Shown one piece after another: positions 23,767 through 35,399 of a DNA stretch of 40,554 nucleotides; the stretch's first letter is position 1; each line of letters starts with the position of its first letter. A program made the translations under genes and the position numbers. The notes beneath the pieces were generated by a model. The model searched no databases. It worked only from the letters and a program-made list of their open reading frames with translations, and was not told where the DNA came from. The stretch lies in NCBI RefSeq assembly GCF_001194135.2, contig NC_068982.1:135076827-135117380 (forward strand). The letters are read 5' to 3'. Source of the DNA: Octopus bimaculoides (Eukaryota).

Positions 23767-24518
23767 TATGATGTTTAAAGATATTGTTTGTCCAATGGTG
23801 ATCAATGAAGTCAATGACTTCAGTCATATGGAACCTCAACAGGGCACACATCCATGCAAGGGGAGCAGGGACTCACGTCTGCCTCTGCCTATGGTACACT
23901 TTTCATGCACCTGAAGTGACGGAAGAGGTGGTATTTTATTGTCACTAATGTTTGGTACCTCAACTTCTGCAAAGGAGAAGTCCGCTGTTTGTAGGTCCAA
24001 GAAGTTTCCGCCATCAGCCGTTGACGCATTAAAACGTCGATATAGTAAACAAACCACCAGTCCAGAGAGAGAAGGGGAGGAAGATACATACGGACATACA
24101 AACAGACAGACAGTCAAAGAGGAGGAGAGAGAGGGAGAGAGATCCCAGTACAAGAATGAGACTTTATTTATAGACCCGCTCACCAAGAGAACGAAAGGCA
24201 AAGTTGACCGGTGAAATTTGAATTCAGATCGCGAAAAGCTGGAACGATTAAACAGACATTTGTATTTGAACGTACTCTATCTTATCTCACTCAGGTGAAA
24301 TGAAAGGCGAAGGCGACCTCGGCAGGATTCGAACTGAGAGTGTAAAGGGGTCAAAACTGAATACTGCAACGGATTCTATCCTACACTGTTACGCTTCTGC
24401 TAATACACCCCCATCCGTTAACTATTGTTTAATCTGTTCTTCACTGGTTTCTACTCATTAGATGACTCGTACCAAGAGTGGGGTGGATTCTTGTACGGAA
24501 TTATTCTATCATGGATTA

Positions 24519-24716
24519 AGACGGCAAGCTGGCAGAATCGTTAGCACGCTAGACGAAATACTTAAGTTCTGAGTTCAAATTCCGCCGTGGTCGTCTTTAC
24601 ATTTTATCCTTTCGGGGTCGATAATTTAAATACCAGTGGAGTACTGGGGTTGATGTAATCGACTAGACCCCCTCCCACCAAATTTCAGGCCTTGTACCGA
24701 GAGTAGAAAGAATTAT
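24519..24716 (+). mobile_element. SINE family B (tail type 1)
   Basis: AAGACGGCAAGCTGGCAGAATCGTTAGC...GGCCTTGTACCGAGAGTAGAAAGAATTATT. Confidence 0.85.
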
Positions 24717-24841
24717 TTTATCATGGAGTATATTTTTTGCACCCATTGAATTAACAGTGCTGCGACCCACATATTGAGAATTGTCCTATATAGAGTTCTG
24801 CTAGTTCTGTTAATTCCACAAACCTTATTGTTTCATGTGAA

Positions 24842-25161
24842 GTCGCGTGGCTTAGTGGTTAGGACATTCGGCTCAGGATCGCAAGGTCGTGAGTTCAATT
24901 CCTGGCGACGCGTTGTGTCCTTGAGCAAGACACTTTATTTCACGATGCTCCAGTCCACTCAGCTGGCCAAAATGAGTAGTATCTGTATTTCAAAGGGCCG
25001 GCCTTGTCACACTCTGTGTCACGCTGAATCACCTAGCGAACTACGTTAGGGGTACACGTGTCTGTAGATTGCTCAGTCACTTGCACGTTAATTTCACGAG
25101 CAGGTTGTTCCGTTGATCTCATCAGCTGGAACCCTCGTCGTCGTAACCGACGGAGTGCTCC
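24842..25161 (+). mobile_element. tRNA-headed SINE family D (CORE-like segment; tail shared with the family C copy at 33051)
   Basis: A box TGGCTTAGTGG, B box GAGTTCAATTCC, GTGTCCTTGAGCAAGACACTT; tail GCCTTGTCACACT..GTCACGCTGAAT...CTACGTTA.GGG.ACACGTGTCTGT. Confidence 0.85.
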
Positions 25162-25439
25162 ATTGCTTCATACATGTTTCTCCTGGTAGAAGTTAACTCA
25201 TTTTAACCCAGGTTAACCCTGTCGAAATTTTGAAGATAGTTGTATAAATAGGGATAAGAAACACAGAAGCGTCCAGTTAACCTCTGTTGCAGTAAATAAA
25301 CCAAATATAATGGTTAAATAAATACAAGCACTATTTTGCGTCCAGTTAACCTTTATTGCAGTAAAAAAAAATCCAAATACAACTGTCCTCAAACGAGGAC
25401 TCGATTAAAATGGATTAATATCAGACTCTGTAGAGTCGT

Positions 25440-27290
25440 TATCACGCCGTACAAAATGCTTCGCAGCGTTTCGTCCGTCATTACTTTTGAGTTCAAATTC
25501 TGTCGAGGTCGACTTTGCCTTTCTTTCTTTCGGAGTCGATGAAATAAGTACCAGTTGCGTACTGAGGTTGATATAATCGATTTAGCTCTCACCACTGAAA
25601 TTGCTGCCCATGTGTCAAAATTTGAAAGCAATAACAGGCTCCAAGTGAATGTTGTACATAGATTTATGTACTTTCCACGATTGTGTAACATTTACCTTTG
25701 ACATTAAACAGGCACGAAGAATAAATATATAAAATAAAATAGGATTTACTCACAATATCCCATAATTCATTGCTTTTAATCGTACGTACTTTCCATGACA
25801 TGATAACATAATATGGGTTATTTTTGTCCGGAAATTGAACAAAGATAAAGATGTTCACTACCGCTGTATCTGTCTGTCTGTCTGTCTCTCTCTCTTTTTC
25901 TCTCTGTCTTTTCTCTGTTCACACACACACACACACACATACATATATGCATCCATGCGTGTATATATATATNNNNNNNNNNNNNNNNNNNNNNNNNNNN
26001 NNNNNNNNNNNNNNNNNNNNNNNNNNNNNNNNNNNNNNNNNNNNNNNNNNNNNNNNNNNNNNNNNNNNNNNNNNNNNNNNNNNNNNNNNNNNNNNNNNNN
26101 NNNNNNNNNNNNNNNNNNNNNNNNNNNNNNNNNNNNNNNNNNNNNNNNNNNNNNNNNNNNNNNNNNNNNNNNNNNNNNNNNNNNNNNNNNNNNNNNNNNN
26201 NNNNNNNNNNNNNNNNNNNNNNNNNNNGAATGTGTGTATATATATATGTATATGTATATATATACACACACGCATATATGCATACATATACATATAAATA
26301 CATATATAGATATGCATATATATTTATATAATGTGTGTGTGTATGTGTGTGCACAAACAAACATATATGTATGTATATATGCGTATGTATATGCATGCGC
26401 GCGCACAAATACTGCTTTATTCCTAAAATCTTCCAATCTACAATTCTTTACTGTTTTCTTTTTTGAAAGCTCTTATGAAATTATCTGTTTTCATACATTG
26501 TCGACTGTTAGCATCATTTCTTCTGGCTCTTTACATTCCGGGTTCAAATACCACTGATGCCGATTTTCCCTTTCGTCGATGGAATAGATACCAGTTGAGT
26601 ACTGGTGTCGAAGCAATCAACAACTCCTCACCGAAGTTGCTAGCCTTGTCTCAAAATATGAAATCAGTATTTTATAGGAAGGTAAAGGCGGCAAGTTGGC
26701 AGAACCGTTACCTTGCCGGGACAAGTGCTTAGCAGTATTTCATTCGGCTGTCAATTTACTCGACTAAAATCCCTTAAAGCGATACCCCAGTATGGGGGTA
26801 GTTCAGTGACTGAAACAATTGAAAAAATGGAAGGTCTTTATGCTTTAGGTTCAAATCCCCCAGGGCTAATTCTTTCTTTTTATTCCTCTGAAGTAGATAC
26901 AAAGTGAGATTTGAGAGAACTCGTGTTCAGATTCTGTCAAAGTCGACTTTGCCTTTCATCCTTTCGAGAACGATAAAATAAGTACCAGTGAAGCACTGTG
27001 TCGATCAAATTTCCACCTTGTGTCTGTCGTAGAAAGGATTGATTCCATATTTTATCTGAAGATAAAGGTAGCGAGTTGGTAGAACCGTTACCTTGCCGGG
27101 AAAAGAAATTCTTAACGGAATTTCTTCCGGTTTCACGTTCTGAGTTCAGATTCCAGTGACTGAAACAATTAAAAAAATGGAAGGTTTTTACGCTTTAGGT
27201 TCAAATCCCGCCAGGGTCAATTCTTTCTTGTTATTCTTTTATTTTGCTTTACATTGCTGGCCTTGTATCCAAATCTGATACAATTATTAC
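25440..27290 (+). mobile_element. Several partial or rearranged family B SINE pieces (about 25440-25630, 26500-26680, 26685-27290)
   Basis: Repeated GAGTTCAAATTC..GTCGACTTTGCCTTT and AGAACCGTTACCTTGCCGGGA segments. Confidence 0.7.
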
Positions 27291-28289
27291 CGTTACTGAA
27301 CCAGAAACACATGTTCACGACCATCCTCTTATCTCCAGATAATAAATCTGTCCTCTTCATTAATGGCATGTCAACTTTGGAAAATTCTTGATTCTCGAGA
27401 TTATCTCCCTTCTTAAACGCAGCGCTTCTTAATTTCCATTTGTAAGGAACGACCGTGCGAACTCAGAAAGGAGAAATGGTGACGAATGGGAAAACAGAGG
27501 ACTCCTTTTATTTATACGCGTCACACGGTCGAACACAAAATATATATATCAATGATGATATACATGATATGTTATACGACGATAACATAGATGACCAGTA
27601 TTGAAAGACCACAACCGTATTAGATGAATAACAGAGATATTTATTATGGCGTTAAAGATGTATGTGTATGTGAGAGTGTGAATGCGACATATAAGAACAT
27701 AATCAAAGACAGGCCGTCGTACAAAGAAAAGTGTGTATGTGTATGTGAGATATTACAGCAGATNNNNNNNNNNNNNNNNNNNNNNNNNNNNNNNNNNNNN
27801 NNNNNNNNNNNNNNNNNNNNNNNNNNNNNNNNNNNNNNNNNNNNNNNNNNNNNNNNNNNNNNNNNNNNNNNNNNNNNNNNNNNNNNNNNNNNNNNNNNNN
27901 NNNNNNNNNNNNNNNNNNNNNNNNNNNNNNNNNNNNNNNNNNNNNNNNNNNNNNNNNNNNNNNNNNNNNNNNNNNNNNNNNNNNNNNNNNNNNNNNNNNN
28001 NNNNNNNNNNNNNNNNNNNNNNNNNNNNNNNNNNNNNNNNNNNNNNNNNNNNNNNNNNNNNNNNNNNNNNNNNNNNNNNNNNNNNNNNNNNNNNNNNNNN
28101 NNNNNNNGTGGCGACGGCGGTGGTCATCGTTGGCTTGACGAAGCTGTTGATGTGTCGCTGGCTGCTGCTGCTGCTGCTGTCGTGTGGTACACGGAACAGA
28201 TCTCAAAGAGAAACTGGACCGAGACGAATTTGGCCGCCGAGTTAAAGCTATTTATAACAAACTATCGGCTCCCGAAGGCTTCAGAAAAA

Positions 28290-28400
28290 TACTCTATCAC
28301 GTGACCTTATTAGGGGCCGTGATTGGTCAGTTTGCGTTCTGGCGGGAACGGTTCGAAGAAGTTGCCGCTTCGAATAATAATCAGTCACGTGATGACAAGG
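28290..28400 (-). promoter_or_regulatory. Candidate promoter-like motif cluster (two extended E-boxes and a CCAAT box) in CpG-rich DNA
   Basis: ATCACGTGAC 28296-28305, ATTGG 28322-28326 (CCAAT on minus strand), GTCACGTGAT 28384-28393; no transcript evidence. Confidence 0.3.
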
Positions 28401-30941
28401 AATGGGTTCTCCGCTACGCCCGCGTTTGTTTATATTTAAATGAGAAGATTGTATGTAAATGAGAAGATGTAGATAATTTTAATAAATCAAGAATTTATTA
28501 TGTTCTGTAGTATTTGATATACTTGTGTTTGTTTATGTTGTTCAAATACAAGTCTCTGGCCATTCAGAGTTATTTCTCTTGGATCATTTTTGTGTAGATT
28601 ATTCATATTACTAAGGCCATGACTTTGTTTTACCCCTTTTTTTGTATAAGCTTAAGTCCTTTCACTACTGGATATAAGGTGATACAACTGTCGTGTTGAT
28701 GATGTTGAACCAGAAGTATTCGTCCACGACTCTCTTCTTATCATCAGACAATAATCCTGTCCTTTTCCATAACGGCATGTCAAATTTGGCGGATTCTTGA
28801 TTTTTGAGTTAATCGCCCCTTCTCAAGTAGGGCTGATCATAATTACCATTTGATAATTAAGACACACCTGGAAACGTAGATAATTTTAATAAATTGAGAC
28901 TTTATGCTTTATCATTTTCGATACAGCTGTATTTGTCTATGGTGTTCATATACTACTTGCGATCGTGTTATTTCCTATAGTTCGCTTTGTTTAAACAATA
29001 TACACTTTTCTTTATTGCATTCGCAGGTGTTTGTCTAACATGAACTGAAAGCAGAAACATTGTCAGATAAAACTCTTGTTAGAGACAGTCATTTGGTATT
29101 GTTTGTCTGTCTACCGCAAAAATGGGATTGGTATTAGTTGACATAGTCTATGCTGTTCCCATAGAGATTTCAGAACTAACACTCATGAATCAAAAAATGC
29201 ATTGAAATCAAAATATTCCCTTGAGAATCACTACTCTTAAAGTAATGTCAGTAAACCATTGATTCTCTGCAAGTATCGAATTGAAAGACAAACAAAACTT
29301 TTTATAAATTGTATTTATCCAATTCAACTGAAACTGAATATTCTGTGTAGTCAAAGGGGTAAGAAGAGATAGAACGAAATGGATATCTTATCGGGTTATT
29401 AACATGCATTGCATTATAATATAACTTGGCAAAAGACTATCCTATCTGCCTGATTTGACTTCCTAGACGTTAAGTATAGGAGTTCTTTTGAAGGAGTAGA
29501 TTTCTAGCTATGGGAGAGCTTTCTATCTCTGTTGCTTCCGCTATATATATATATGTATATATATATATAATATACAAGAATAAGGGCAGGGAATCGTCAA
29601 TTAATAATAGAATTAATAATTAACAATTTTGCCAAGTAGTTCAGTATGAGAAAAACCTTTATCGGTAAAACCATTTATCATCATAAATATACAGGGATTA
29701 GCATTGAGTTGCTTCTCCGACATACTGAAAATTTAGAAATAGCAGTCAAAGAACTACTGATTCTAAACTACAAATTTTTCTCTAAAACGGATGGCGATAT
29801 TTATGGCACACATAGAACAAAAAACCGGAGGGAAAAGCGTAAACAAAACAAGTCTTTAGTTAATTGGATACNNNNNNNNNNNNNNNNNNNNNNNNNNNNN
29901 NNNNNNNNNNNNNNNNNNNNNNNNNNNNNNNNNNNNNNNNNNNNNNNNNNNNNNNNNNNNNNNNNNNNNNNNNNNNNNNNNNNNNNNNNNNNNNNNNNNN
30001 NNNNNNNNNNNNNNNNNNNNNNNNNNNNNNNNNNNNNNNNNNNNNNNNNNNNNNNNNNNNNNNNNNNNNNNNNNNNNNNNNNNNNNNNNNNNNNNNNNNN
30101 NNNNNNNNNNNNNNNNNNNNNNNNNNNNNNNNNNNNNNNNNNNNNNNNNNNNNNNNNNNNNNNNNNNNNNNNNNNNNNNNNNNNNNNNNNNNNNNNNNNN
30201 NNNNNNNNNNNNNNNNNNNNNNNNNNNNNNNNNNNNNNNNNNNNNNNNNNNNNNNNNNNNNNNNNNNNNNNNNNNNNNNNNNNNNNNNNNNNNNNNNNNN
30301 NNNNNNNNNNNNNNNNNNNNNNNNNNNNNNNNNNNNNNNNNNNNNNNNNNNNNNNNNNNNNNNNNNNNNNNNNNNNNNNNNNNNNNNNNNNNNNNNNNNN
30401 NNNNNNNNNNNNNNNNNNNNNNNNNNNNNNNNNNNNNNNNNNNNNNNNNNNNNNNNNNNNNNNNNNNNNNNNNNNNNNNNNNNNNNNNNNNNNNNNNNNN
30501 NNNNNNNNNNNNNNNNNNNNNNNNNNNNNNNNNNNNNNNNNNNNNNNNNNNNNNNNNNNNNNNNNNNNATATATATATATATATATAATTTCTTTATTTG
30601 TGAATTAAGACTACCATTGGTTTCATGTAATAAAAAAAGGAGGAAAATATCCTAGTGTTTTAACAATTTTCCAAGCTGATCACATGGAGAAAAGTGTTCG
30701 CCTCCATTTGGGAAAATACAACCTCATTCAGTTCGCGGAGATTCTAGTGAATTCTCGTGAATAAAACAATGAATCAAGGGACGTTACTTTTGTCTTTTAG
30801 GCAAACTTGTGTGGTCAGTTTGCATTATTGGGTTTTTGTTCTGGGTGTGGTGTACTTAGACTTGTGTGCTGAGGTCGTTCGTCTTTAGGGAATATTTCTT
30901 CCGTGTCTGAAGTTTGTGTACTATGTGTGTTTAGATTTCAC

Positions 30942-31056
30942 GTGGAGCTTTAAGTGTTTTCGCTCAATAAACAATTACAATTCCCGGTCTGGGAATCGAA
31001 ACCGCGATCACACAACCGCGAGTTCGCTGCCCTAACCACTGGGCCATTGTACCTCC
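30942..31056 (-). mobile_element. SINE family C head fragment
   Basis: GTTTTCGCTCAATAAACA...CCCGGTCTGGGAATCGAAACCGCGATC...CCACTGGGCCATTGTACCTCC. Confidence 0.85.
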
Positions 31057-31611
31057 ACATATAATATATGAATTACATGACTTTGTATGAGAGAGAATAA
31101 ATAATATTGTCCCTTCCTTATTTAAACTATTACTTTTATTACTCACTCTCTGACGTCTGGAACGGTGTTGCTCGTAGACATCAGGACCACATCCAGGGAA
31201 GGATCAGTTGACAGATCCGCATTAAATCACTGACACACTCCAATCTCTGGCCCCGGACGTGCTCTCCCCCTCTCTGTCTTTTCCACACAACTATAAAAGC
31301 CTCTGTTCCTCGGGGCCGGCTAGTCTTGTACCTCTCGCATACAGACACCCACGACTCACACGTCCCCCTACCTCTTATTACTCTTCTTGTGTTCAAGCCC
31401 TCCATCCCTTCCTCTCTAAACATCATCTTTCTGGAATCTTCTCCCTGCTCACGTCTTTCTTTCAGGTGTTGACCAGCAACAGTTGAAACTGAACACTTAT
31501 AGCATCAAGATAACTGGTCTCACAAGACCTACAAAGGACACGGGAACTTAACCTTTCTCGAGAGTCAGAAGATAAAAAAATATTTGCAGAGGAAAAATAT
31601 TGATTACAAAT

Positions 31612-31812
31612 TTTGGCACAAAGCCAGCAATTCGGGGGGAGAGGAGAAGTCGATTACATCGACCCCAGTACTCAACTAGTACTTATTTTGTCGCCCCCGA
31701 AATGATGAAAGGTATAGTCAACCTCGGCGAAATTTGAACTCAACGTAATGACGGATGAAATGCCGCCGAGCATTTTTTCCGGCGTGTTAACGATTCTGCC
31801 GACTCACCGCCT
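31612..31812 (-). mobile_element. SINE family B
   Basis: TTTTGGCACAAAGCCAGCAAT...TCTGCCGACTCACCGCC. Confidence 0.85.
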
Positions 31813-32816
31813 TATTAACTGAGGTTAATTAAGAAATATAGAGATGGTTTCCCAGTAAGCTTGAACTTCTGTTCGTTCCAGGATGATTTTTGTGATGTGT
31901 TATACTGGAGGGGACTTGTTGACTTAGTCTTTCGACAGGGGCGGCTTGAATTGAGAGCAAATGACTGTTACAGCAGTGAGCTCTAAATACTCAGTAGTGT
32001 AGCTTCATTTATAGTCAGGTGAATATGAGCCAGTGAAAGACCCTATACATATTCACTCGATCTGCTAGAAATAGCAGTTATATCTCTCTCAAATTACATC
32101 CTGTCACCTTAAAGGTTACACAAGATCGAGTGACTGATTGTATTTTAATTTTCGATTTGAAGATTTAAATGTTAATTCAGTTATAATTTTTAAAATCGAT
32201 GTCTGACATGCTAACACGAATAGGATGGTCTGATTTCTTTAAAGAGTTGTAATTGACGTTGTTTTAAGACATTTGCGTTCCAAGTAGTCATACTACAGCT
32301 TGAACAGAATATCTAAACGCCCAGTGCACAATTGTGAGGTGAGAGTGGAACCTATTAATAACAAATAAAGTTAAAAGAAGTCCTATCATATCATGCGCCT
32401 TGCTCGAGGGAACAACACAATTTTTGAAGCAAGTTTTGGATTGCCGACCATTTCCATGCTTGCACATGTCAGAAGGAACCCGTTGACGCAGATTTTCTAG
32501 GGCCTGATGTCAACAATCCTCACCTATTTCCAAACGAGGTAATTATCCTCTATTCTCTCAATCAACAAACAGCCTAGACATTGTTTCCAGTTCAGCACGT
32601 AACTAACGACACCATTTCAAGGAACCTTTTACCTAAAAAGTTTATGCAGCATACCACAAGTCAACAACAATATAGGCAGTGTCCATTGCAGTCAAAGTGC
32701 AAACACAGCACGTGATAAGGGGAACATGAACTAATTTAAACGAACATGCAGATACACACACACACACACACAGAGGAATACACACATATCTCTCACCACA
32801 CACAAGAATACTCACC

Positions 32817-32855
<39 letters not shown>

Positions 32856-32864
32856 TCATCGTTT

Positions 32865-33040
32865 TACATCTGTATCCCATGCGGGCACTGGTTGGAAGCT
32901 TCAACAGGATCTGACTAGCCTGGGGGCTGTGTTGGTGCCCAGTGTCTGCTTTGACAAGGTTTTCATGGTTGGATGTCTTTCCTATCACCAACCACTTTGC
33001 AGAGGGTACTTGGCCCTTTTTTCTAGTAGCAGCAGCTCTA
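32865..33040 (-). mobile_element. Degenerate 3' part of another SINE/LINE-tail family
   Basis: TTTCATGGTTGGATGTCTTTCCTATCACCAACCACTTTGCAGAG resembles GGCTGGATGCCCTTCCTAACGCCAACCAC-type retroposon tails (from recall). Confidence 0.5.
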
Positions 33041-33050
33041 GTGGAGGTCA

Positions 33051-33390
33051 GGAGGCGCAATGACCCAGTGGTTAAGGCAGCGGATTCGCGGTCATAGGAC
33101 CGCGGTTTCGATTCCCAGACCGGGCGTTGTGAGTGTTTATTGAGCGAAAACACCTAAAGCTCCACGAGGCTCCAGCAGGAGATGGTGGCGAACCCTGCTG
33201 TACTCTTTCACCACAACTTTCTCTCACTCTTACTTCCTGTTTCTGCTGTGCCTGTAATTCAAAGGGTCAGCCTTGTCACACTGTGTCACGCTGAATATCT
33301 CCGAGAACTACGTTAAGGGAACACGTGTCTGTGGAGTGCTCAGCCACTTGCACGTTAATTTCACAAGCAGGCTGTTCCGTTGATCGGATC
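33051..33390 (+). mobile_element. SINE family C (tail variant 2), runs into an N gap
   Basis: GGAGGCGCAATGACCCAGTGGTTAAGGCAGCGGATTCGCGGTC...GGTTTCGATTCCC; 3' part matches the tail of 24842-25161. Confidence 0.88.
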
Positions 33391-34311
33391 NNNNNNNNNN
33401 NNNNNNNNNNNNNNNNNNNNNNNNNNNNNNNNNNNNNNNNNNNNNNNNNNNNNNNNNNNNNNNNNNNNNNNNNNNNNNNNNNNNNNNNNNNNNNNNNNNN
33501 NNNNNNNNNNNNNNNNNNNNNNNNNNNNNNNNNNNNNNNNNNNNNNNNNNNNNNNNNNNNNNNNNNNNNNNNNNNNNNNNNNNNNNNNNNNNNNNNNNNN
33601 NNNNNNNNNNNNNNNNNNNNNNNNNNNNNNNNNNNNNNNATTACAAATCGAGATTTCTAAATGGAGAGTGTAGTATTGTAGGAGTTGACTTTCTGCCAAA
33701 TGTCGAGAGACTAATGTAGGAAAATAGGACAGGAACAAGTGTCTTGCTGTTGAGGATCTACGTGGCTACGCCCAGGAGGAAAGGGACAAAAGAATGGTGG
33801 AGAGGAAGTATCGGGGCATACCCTCAAGGTGTACAAAAAAATGGATAGTGAGAGAATAGGGAAGAAAAATCAAGGATGGCTTGGTGGGCAGGTAGTTGGG
33901 ATGAGGTGAAGTGTGGGGAAGATAGGAGTCACACACACACACACACATACACACACACGACATTGTCTTGAGGAAAAGATTTATTTTAAAAATCAAGACT
34001 TCCAAATATCAACACAATTCATCTAATTTTCATAGCTTCTTCGACATGAAGAACAAATCTTCCATTCGAACAAAACATTAACTAATCACAGTTAATGTTC
34101 CGGAAGAAGACTGATAACCATTCTTCATGGTTAGATGAATTCAGGCAAATTAAAATTTATTATATCTTTTAAAAGGAGACTCAATGAAGTACCCGAATCA
34201 AAAGAATTTACTCGTAAAACCAGTATTTTCTTGCTAAATTGCTGTTTCCCCATTTTATCAACAAATCACATTTTCAGAGTTGTTCGTAACAAAGAAAAAT
34301 AAATATTCTAT

Positions 34312-34849
34312 CTTTTACTTGTTTCAGTCATTCGATTGCAGCCATGCTGCAGCACTGCTTTGGACAGTTTTAGTCAAACAAATTGACCGCAATACTTATA
34401 CTATCTGTCTTTTTTGCCAAACTGCTAAGTTATGGAGATATAAACAAGTGTTGGTTTGTTTATATCCCCATAACTTAGTAGTTTGACAAAAGAGACTGAT
34501 AATATAAGTACTAGGGTTTAAAAATATGTTTATTTATTTATGTATGCACCCTTTTAAAGCCAAGTCAGGCTCATGGGCTCGGTTTCCTGGTTTCTATGGC
34601 GTATGTGTCCTCCCCACCAGCTGGACGGGACGCCAGTCCATCGCAGATTTACTCAAGAAACATGAAGAAAGAGTGAGAGAAAGTTGTGGTGAAAGAGTAC
34701 AGCAGGGTTCGCCACCATCCCCTGCCAGAGCCTAGTGGAACTTAAGGTGTTTTCGCTCAATAAACACTCACAACGCCCGGTCTGGGAATCGAAATCGCAA
34801 TCCTACGACCGCGAGTCCGCTGCCCTAACCATTGGGCTATTGCGCCTCC
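34312..34849 (-). mobile_element. Family A tail fragment (about 34312-34520) and family C SINE (34545-34849)
   Basis: CTTTTACTTGTTTCAGTC..GCAGCCATGCTGCAGCAC; the second element matches 21291-21579. Confidence 0.85.
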
Positions 34850-35182
34850 ACTGCTCAGAACGAACATAAAGACAGACAAAATACCGCTGAGCATTTCGCC
34901 TGGTGTGCTAATGTCTCTGCCAGTTCGCTGCTTTCAAATAAATAAATAAATAATGATAGAGTCAACACAACTATTTGACAGACATATAAAACTGTATTCA
35001 ATAAATCCGTCACCATCAACATATACAATAAACAATGTTAGTAGGTTTAAAAGTCAACAATAACAAAAATACTTCATAATTTTAATTCTTGCAATAATTA
35101 ATGAACTCAACAAATTAGAAAACTAAATTATGAATATTAAATAGAAATTACAAAAAAAACACAAGTTGTAATGATGATAACT

Positions 35183-35365
35183 GTTTCTAACATAGGCATG
35201 AGGTCACAAATTTTGTAGGGGTGGAATTGGTCAATTTAAATGTCTCCAAGACCCTGAAAGGATAAAGGGCAAAGTTAACTTTGGTGCAATTTCAACTCAG
35301 AGTATAATGAACTGGAATTAAGCATTTCCTCCAACACTAATAAATCTGGCAAATTAACTGCTTTC

Positions 35366-35399
<34 letters not shown>

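Noticed and set aside
28715-28755. CTGATGA on the minus strand in the repeated block
   Set aside because: No stem II pairing and no GAAA at a suitable position.
31150-31560. TATAAAA followed by pyrimidine-rich sequence, LTR- or promoter-like
   Set aside because: No TG...CA termini, TSD or partner LTR found; not enough support.
32370-33930. Weak LINE-like translations (32370-32700 minus; 33650-33900 plus)
   Set aside because: Similarities are too marginal to assign by eye.
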